A stretch of 34,113 nt of DNA from a virus. Lineage: Duplodnaviria; Heunggongvirae; Uroviricota; Caudoviricetes. Of this stretch, positions 28,379-34,113 are shown one piece after another; the stretch's first letter is position 1; the number at the start of each line of letters is the position of its first letter. Under the pieces are notes generated by a model that was not told where the DNA came from, searched no databases, and was given only the letters and a program-made list of their open reading frames with translations. The stretch lies in IMG/VR virus record IMGVR_UViG_2778261575_000003. One strand, given 5' to 3'. The position numbers and the translations under genes are program-made.

Positions 28379-28776
28379 ACCGGCATACACAAATCCGCCA
28401 GGCCGTACTGGCACGCCTTCGGGAACAGTGTGGAGACAGCGCCACGTTTTTTGACGGGCTTCCGGCATTTATTGATGCGCAGGAACTGCCTGCCGTGGCG
28501 GTGTGGCTGAGTGATGCTCAGTACACCGGAAAAATGACGGATGAAGATGACTGGCAGGCTGTTCTGCATATTGCCGTCTTCATCCGGGCACAGGCACCGG
28601 ATTCAGAGCTGGATATGTGGATGGAGAGCACCATTTTCCCTGCCCTGAATGATATACCGGCACTTTCCGGACTCATCGACACCCTGATCCCACTCGGTTT
28701 TAACTATCAACGTGATAATGAGATGGCCACCTGGGCGATGGCGGAAATCACGTACCAGATCACGTACACGAATTAA
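28363..28776 (+). CDS. Tail terminator protein U (gpU-like)
   Basis: 137-aa ORF between Z-like and major tail protein genes. Confidence 0.8.
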   Translation: MADPMNRHTQIRQAVLARLREQCGDSATFFDGLPAFIDAQELPAVAVWLSDAQYTGKMTDEDDWQAVLHIAVFIRAQAPDSELDMWMESTIFPALNDIPALSGLIDTLIPLGFNYQRDNEMATWAMAEITYQITYTN

Positions 28777-28786
28777 GGAGGTGGTA

Positions 28787-29530
28787 ATGACCACACCAAA
28801 TCCACTGGCAAAGACGAAAGGTGCGGGGACGACGTTCTGGATGTATACCGGCAACGGCGATGCGTTTGCGAACCCTTTGTCGGACACTGACTGGCTGCGT
28901 CTTGCGATGGTGAAGGATCTGCAACCTGGCGAAATGACCGCTGATGCAGAAGATGACACTTATCTCGATGATGAAGATGCAGACTGGAAAACGACAACCC
29001 AGGGGCAGAAATCCGTTGGTGATACTTCGGCGACGCTGGCCTGGCGTCCGGGTGACAGCGGGCAGAAAAAACTGGTTCAGTTGTTCGACTCCGGTGAAGT
29101 CTGCGCGTTTCGTATCAAATATCCCAACGGCACTGTTGATGTTTTCCGTGGCTGGCTGAGCTCACTGGGTAAAACCATTGCCTCAAAAGACGTGATGACC
29201 CGCACTGTGAAAATCAGCGGTGTGGGGCGTCCGTATCTGGCAGAGGAAGGCACTGAAACCGTGAGCGTTACCGGGCTGACAGTATCACCGGCGTCTGCCA
29301 GTGTAAAAGTGGGAGCAACCACCACGCTGACCTTTACAGTAAAACCTGACGGAGCCAGTGACAAAGCGATCAGTGTGCATTCGTCAGATCCACAGACTGC
29401 CACGGTTACCCTGAACGGACTTGTGGCCACGGTAAAAGGCGTGAAGCAGGGCAGTGTCAGCATTGTGGGCATGACCGCTGACGGGAATTTTGTGGCTGTG
29501 ACTGCGGTGACTGTCAGCGCAGCAGGTTAA
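28787..29530 (+). CDS. Major tail protein V with C-terminal Ig-like (Big_2) domain
   Basis: 247 aa from ATG 28787 (AAGGAGGTGG RBS). C-terminal TVSVTGLTVSPASASVKVGATTTLTFTVKP... is Ig-like as in lambda gpV. Confidence 0.9.
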   Translation: MTTPNPLAKTKGAGTTFWMYTGNGDAFANPLSDTDWLRLAMVKDLQPGEMTADAEDDTYLDDEDADWKTTTQGQKSVGDTSATLAWRPGDSGQKKLVQLFDSGEVCAFRIKYPNGTVDVFRGWLSSLGKTIASKDVMTRTVKISGVGRPYLAEEGTETVSVTGLTVSPASASVKVGATTTLTFTVKPDGASDKAISVHSSDPQTATVTLNGLVATVKGVKQGSVSIVGMTADGNFVAVTAVTVSAAG

Positions 29531-29550
29531 CAGGACGATACTCATCATTT

Positions 29551-29575
29551 GCCCCGGTTATGCGGGGCTTTTTTG
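29551..29575 (+). terminator. Rho-independent terminator / attenuator after major tail gene
   Basis: GCCCCG-GTTAT-GCGGGGC hairpin followed by TTTTTT. Confidence 0.7.
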
Positions 29576-29587
29576 CAGGTGGAGAAC

Positions 29588-29977
29588 ATGATGTTTCTGA
29601 AACAGGACACGTTTAATTATGAAAAACAGTCCGTGGTGCTCAGTGAGCTGTCCGGGCTGCAGAGAATTGAATATCTGACGTTTGTTCAGCAGCGAACGGC
29701 AAAGTTTGATGCCGGGGAGGGAGAACTGCCGGAGGCTGAACGACAGATTGCTTTTCTGCGGATGGGGATGGATATCAATGCCTGGCTGGTTTCCCGCTCA
29801 CTGTGGAATGCGGATCAGTCTAAGGATGTAGAGACGCTTTGCGCATCCGTTATTACAACATGGTCGTATGATGCCCTGGGTGCGGGGGCGGAGATGGTTC
29901 TGTCGCTGAGCGGTATGGGGGCCATTGATAATGCCGTGGATGATGAGCATGAGGCGCTGACGCCGGAAAAGTCCTGA
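29588..29977 (+). CDS. Tail assembly chaperone G
   Basis: 129 aa from ATG 29588; stop at 29975-29977; followed by a -1-frame ORF, as for lambda G/T. Confidence 0.8.
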   Translation: MMFLKQDTFNYEKQSVVLSELSGLQRIEYLTFVQQRTAKFDAGEGELPEAERQIAFLRMGMDINAWLVSRSLWNADQSKDVETLCASVITTWSYDALGAGAEMVLSLSGMGAIDNAVDDEHEALTPEKS

Positions 29978-30315
29978 CGCGGGAAATGCAGTTTGTCATG
30001 CGGCTTGCCCGGGAGTTCCGGCGGGCAGACTGGCGGCGGATGCTGTCGGAAATGTCGGCCACTGAGCTTGGTGAGTGGGGCGATTATTTCCGGATGCAGA
30101 GCTTCAGTGATGTGTGGATGGATGCGCAGTTTGCCTCGCTGAAGGCATTGATCGTGAGAATGGTGTCCGGCAGCAGTGATGCTGCGGTGGCTGATTTCAG
30201 CCTTTTACCGGAAGAGAACGGGATACCGGAGCGAACGGACGAAGAACTGATGCATCTTGGGGAAGGTATTTCCGGAGGTGTGCGTTATGGACCAGATAGC
30301 CAACCTGGTCATTGA
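29588..30315 (+). CDS. Tail assembly chaperone G-T fusion via programmed -1 ribosomal frameshift
   Basis: The -1 frame is open from 29953 to 30315 and overlaps the last 8 codons of G. Candidate slip site G-GAA-AAG (29965-29971), where the AAG Lys codon can re-pair as AAA; exact shift position not resolved. Confidence 0.65.
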
Positions 30316-33300
30316 TTTGGGGATTGATGCGGCAGAGTTTAAAAATGAAATTCCCCGTATCAAAAACCTTCTGAATGGTGCAGCCAGCGATGCAGAACGG
30401 TCTTCTGCCCGTATGCAGCGTTTTATGGAGCGTCAGACTCAGGCCGCCCGGCAGACAACGCAGGCAGCTTCTTCGGCTGCAACAGCCGCATCCGTCCATG
30501 CGCAGACGGTGGAGAAGAACGCACAGGCTCATGAACGCATGGCCCGCGAGGTGGAGAAAACCCGCCAGCGCATGGAGGCACTGAGCCAGAAAATGCGCGA
30601 GGAACAGGCGCAGGCCATGGCTCTGGCGGAGGCTCAGGATAAAGCGGCTGCTGCGTTTTATCGTCAGATTGACAGTGTGAAACAGGCCAGTGCGGGGCTG
30701 CAGGAATTACAGCGTATTCAGCAGCAGATCCGACAGGCCAGAAACAGTGGCGGGATTGGTCAGCAGGATTATCTGGCGCTGATTTCTGAGGTTACTGCGA
30801 AAACCCGTGTTCTTACACAGGCTGAGGAAGAGGCTACCCGACAGAAAGTGGCGTTTATCCGTCAGCTTAAAGAGCAGGCAACCCGCCTGAATCTTTCATC
30901 TTCTGAGTTGCTTCGTGCTAAGGCAGCCCAGCTGGGGGTAAACAGTGCTGCAGAAGTGTATATCCGCAAAATGGAGCAGGCAGGAAAAGCCACGCATTCG
31001 CTGGGTCTGAAAAGTGCAGCAGCCCGCCAGGAGATAGGCGTTCTGATAGGTGAACTGGCCCGCGGCAATTTAGGGGCGCTGAGGGGATCCGGGATAACGC
31101 TGGCTAACCGTGCCGGATGGATAGACACACTGATGTCACCGAAAGGCATGATGCTTGGCGGGGTTATTGGCGGTATTGCCGCGGCCGTCTATGGTCTGGG
31201 TAAAGCCTGGTATGACGGTCAGAAGGAGGGGGAAGAATTTAACCGCCAGTTGTCGCTGACGGGGCATTATGCCGGAGTCACTGCCGGGCAGCTGTGGACG
31301 CTCAGTCGTGCTATTTCCGGGAATGGTATCACGCAACATGCTGCAGCCGGTGCGCTGGCTCAGGTGGTGGGGAGTGGTGCATTTCGTGGAAACGATATCG
31401 GTATGGTGGCGAGAGCTGCCGCACAGATGGAGCGATCGGTTGGCCAGTCGGTCAGCGATACCATAAATCAGTTTAAGCGGCTGAAGGATGATCCTGTAAA
31501 TGCCGCGAAGGCTCTGGACAATGAGCTGCATTTTCTTACTGCCACTCAGCTTGAGCAGATACGCGTCCTTGGGGAGCAGGGGCGGTCCAGTGATGCTGCA
31601 CGGATAGCCATGTCTGCACTGGCAGAGGAAACCGGTCGGCGTACTGCGGATATTGATAATAACCTCAATGCGCTTGGCAGTACGCTGAAGTATCTGTCTG
31701 ATTTGTGGAGTCGTTTCTGGGATGCGGCCATGAATATTGGTCGTGAAGACTCGCTGGATGAACAGATTGCCGCTTTACAGGAGAAAGTGTCGCGGGCGAA
31801 AAGACTCCCCTGGACGGCATCATCTTCTCAGGTTGAATACGATCAGCAGCGTCTTAACGATCTTCAGGAGAAAAAACGCCAGAAGGATTTGCAGGATGCA
31901 AAAGAGCAGGCAGAGCGGAATTATCAGGAGCAACAGAAACGCCGTAATGCTGAAAATGCTGCACTGAACCGGATGAATGAAACGGAAGCAGCACGACATC
32001 AGCGTGAAATTGCGCGTATTAATGCCATGCAGTACGCCGATCAGGCTGTCAGGGATGCGGCGATACAACGTGAAAATGAACGTTACGAGAAAGCCCTGGC
32101 ATCCGGTAAGAAAAAAACACGCGAAACCCGTAATGATGAGGCCACCCGGTTATTGCTGCAGTACAGTCAGCAACAGGCACAGGTGGAAGGACAGATTGCT
32201 GCTGCCAGACAGTCAGCAGGCATTGCCACGGAAAGGATGACAGAAGCGCATAAACAGCTTCTGGCTCTGCAGCAGCGCATCAGCGACCTGGACGGGAAAA
32301 AACTTACGGCAGATGAAAAGAGTGTGCTGGCCCGTAAAGATGAACTGATTCAGGCACTGACGCTGCTGGATGTAAAACAGCAGGAGCTTCAGAAACAGAC
32401 GGCACTCAACGAGCTGAAGAAAAAAACAATTCAGCTGACCAGTCAACTGGCTGAAGAAGAGCGCGCTCAGCGTCAGCAACATGACCTGGATATCGCCACG
32501 GTGGGTATGGGTGATCAGCAGCGACAGCGATATCAGGTACAACTGAGTCTTCGCCAGAAATACCAGCAACAGCTGGAGCAGTTGAGGCGGGATAGTGAGC
32601 AGAAAGGGACATATAACACGGATGACTACAGAAAGGCCGAGCAGGCGCTGACGGAGAGCCTGAACCGACAACTGAATGAGAATCGCCGTTACTGGCAACA
32701 GCTTGAAGTTGTGCAGGGTAACTGGAAAAACGGAGTCCTGCGTGCATTTCAGGATTTTACCGTGGATGCAGATAATACGGCAGAAACAGCAGAACAGGTG
32801 TTCTCGTCAGCCTTCAGCAACATGGGAAATGGCCTGGCAACTTTTGTCACTACCGGCAAACTCAATTTCAAATCCTTCACCTCTTCTGTGCTGTCAGATA
32901 TGGCGAAAATCCTGGCGCAGGCAACCATGATGAAATCGATAAAAGGGATTGGCAGTGTACTGGGATTTGATCTCAGCAGCCTTTCCCTGAATGCCAATGG
33001 GGGGATTTATCAGTCTGCTGATTTGAGTCGTTACAGTGGCACGGTGGTTAACCGTCCGACGTTTTTTGCTTTTGCAAAAGGCGCGGGTGTGATGGGGGAA
33101 GCGGGACCTGAAGCCATTCTGCCATTGCGTCGTGGTGCTGACGGTAAGCTGGGGGTTGTGGCGGATATTGGGGGTTCAGGTATGGCGATGTTTTCCCCGC
33201 AGTACAACATCGAGATCAATAACGATGGCACGAACGGGCAGATAGGTCCGGCTGCCCTGAAGGCGGTTTATGACCTCGGGAAAAAAGCGGCAGCGGACTT

Positions 33301-33352
33301 TATGCAACAGCAGGCCCGTGATGGTGGTCGGTTAAGTGGAGCATATCGGTAA
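30287..33352 (+). CDS. Tail tape measure protein (gpH-like)
   Basis: 1021 aa from ATG 30287 (GGAGG 8 nt upstream); long Ala/Gln/Arg/Glu-rich coiled-coil sequence and Gly-rich C-terminus. Confidence 0.95.
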   Translation: MDQIANLVIDLGIDAAEFKNEIPRIKNLLNGAASDAERSSARMQRFMERQTQAARQTTQAASSAATAASVHAQTVEKNAQAHERMAREVEKTRQRMEALSQKMREEQAQAMALAEAQDKAAAAFYRQIDSVKQASAGLQELQRIQQQIRQARNSGGIGQQDYLALISEVTAKTRVLTQAEEEATRQKVAFIRQLKEQATRLNLSSSELLRAKAAQLGVNSAAEVYIRKMEQAGKATHSLGLKSAAARQEIGVLIGELARGNLGALRGSGITLANRAGWIDTLMSPKGMMLGGVIGGIAAAVYGLGKAWYDGQKEGEEFNRQLSLTGHYAGVTAGQLWTLSRAISGNGITQHAAAGALAQVVGSGAFRGNDIGMVARAAAQMERSVGQSVSDTINQFKRLKDDPVNAAKALDNELHFLTATQLEQIRVLGEQGRSSDAARIAMSALAEETGRRTADIDNNLNALGSTLKYLSDLWSRFWDAAMNIGREDSLDEQIAALQEKVSRAKRLPWTASSSQVEYDQQRLNDLQEKKRQKDLQDAKEQAERNYQEQQKRRNAENAALNRMNETEAARHQREIARINAMQYADQAVRDAAIQRENERYEKALASGKKKTRETRNDEATRLLLQYSQQQAQVEGQIAAARQSAGIATERMTEAHKQLLALQQRISDLDGKKLTADEKSVLARKDELIQALTLLDVKQQELQKQTALNELKKKTIQLTSQLAEEERAQRQQHDLDIATVGMGDQQRQRYQVQLSLRQKYQQQLEQLRRDSEQKGTYNTDDYRKAEQALTESLNRQLNENRRYWQQLEVVQGNWKNGVLRAFQDFTVDADNTAETAEQVFSSAFSNMGNGLATFVTTGKLNFKSFTSSVLSDMAKILAQATMMKSIKGIGSVLGFDLSSLSLNANGGIYQSADLSRYSGTVVNRPTFFAFAKGAGVMGEAGPEAILPLRRGADGKLGVVADIGGSGMAMFSPQYNIEINNDGTNGQIGPAALKAVYDLGKKAAADFMQQQARDGGRLSGAYR

Positions 33353-33681
33353 TGGAGACGTTTCACTGGAAAGTGCGCCCGGATATGAATGTGGTATCAG
33401 AGCCGAAAGTGGTGACAGTGAAGCTGGGCGATGGTTATGAACAGCGTCGTGCGGCGGGACTGAATAACCAGTTGTCGACTTACAGCGTGACGATACGTGT
33501 TCGTAAATGTGAACACCCATCTTTAAAAGCCTTTCTGGAACGGCACGGTGGCGTCCGTGCATTTCAGTGGACGCCACCTTATGACTGGAAACCGATCAGG
33601 GTGGTTTGTCGTAAATGGTCGGCAAGCGTGGGGGCGCTGTGGGTAACCATAACGGCAGATTTTGAACAGGTCGTGGCATAG
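33352..33681 (+). CDS. Minor tail protein M (gpM-like)
   Basis: 109 aa, same length and position as lambda M. Confidence 0.85.
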   Translation: METFHWKVRPDMNVVSEPKVVTVKLGDGYEQRRAAGLNNQLSTYSVTIRVRKCEHPSLKAFLERHGGVRAFQWTPPYDWKPIRVVCRKWSASVGALWVTITADFEQVVA

Positions 33682-33690
33682 GAGGCTCTG

Positions 33691-34113
33691 ATGCAGGATA
33701 TTCCACAGGAAACACATCATGAGACGACACGCCTCACTCAGTCAGCCCAGGTGGTGCTATGGGAAATCGATCTGACAGAGGTCGGTGGTGAACGTTATTT
33801 TTTCTGTAATGAGCAGAACGAAAAAGGTGAGCCGGTTATCTGGCAGGGGCGGCAGTATCAGGTATACCCCATTCAGGGGACGGGATTTGAACTGAACGGC
33901 AAGGGCAGTGCTGCCCGTCCGACACTGACGGTTTCTAACCTGCACGGCATGGTCACCGGGATGGCGGAAGACCTGCAGAGTCTGGTCGGAGGAACGGTGG
34001 TCCGGCGTAAGGTTTACGCCCGTTTTCTGGATGCGGTGAACTTCGTCAACGGAAACAGTGACGCCGATCCGGAGCAGGAGGTGATCAGCCGCTGGCGCAT
34101 CGAGCAGTGCAGC
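33691..34113 (+). CDS. Minor tail protein L (gpL-like), 3'-truncated by window end
   Basis: ATG 33691 with GGAGG 5 nt upstream; the reading frame stays open through the last base of the window (no stop found). Confidence 0.85.
   Translation, partial: MQDIPQETHHETTRLTQSAQVVLWEIDLTEVGGERYFFCNEQNEKGEPVIWQGRQYQVYPIQGTGFELNGKGSAARPTLTVSNLHGMVTGMAEDLQSLVGGTVVRRKVYARFLDAVNFVNGNSDADPEQEVISRWRIEQCS

Noticed and set aside
27022-29472. Minus-strand ORFs (85-131 aa) across the head-tail joining, Z, U and V genes
   Set aside because: Antisense to a compact, translationally coupled plus-strand operon.
30197-33577. Minus-strand and off-frame ORFs within the tape measure and M genes
   Set aside because: Embedded in a 1021-aa CDS of characteristic tape-measure composition.

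Overview
This window is the left ~34 kb of a lambdoid prophage of the E. coli Qin / phage 21 type, running in canonical order from the integrase (window start) to tail gene L (cut off at window end). All names rest on motif reading and on my recollection of E. coli K-12 Qin and lambda proteins; no database search was run, and K-12 symbols are given only as closest recollected homologs. Modules in order: integrase and excisionase; RecE-like exonuclease; the dicB division-inhibition operon (ydfA, ydfB/C-like ORF, DicF sRNA, dicB, ydfD) under a DicA-like repressor with a divergent DicC/Cro-like gene; a replication-organizer-like gene; a hok-type toxin locus; rem, a DUF968/HNH YdfU-like gene and antiterminator Q; a pinholin / SAR-endolysin / Rz-Rz1 lysis cassette flanked by two CspA-family cold-shock genes; gnsB and ydfO-like cargo; then small and large terminase, W, portal, a protease-capsid fusion, head-tail joining genes, Z, U, V, G and G-T (-1 frameshift), tape measure, M and L. 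The stand-out feature is an AT-rich insertion between the replication module and hok that encodes a 798-aa AAA_13-type ATPase with the architecture of the RloC/PrrC anticodon nucleases, a candidate anti-phage defence moron. Next to it is an unannotated 29-codon hydrophobic ORF with a consensus Shine-Dalgarno. No CRISPR arrays, tRNA or rRNA genes were seen.
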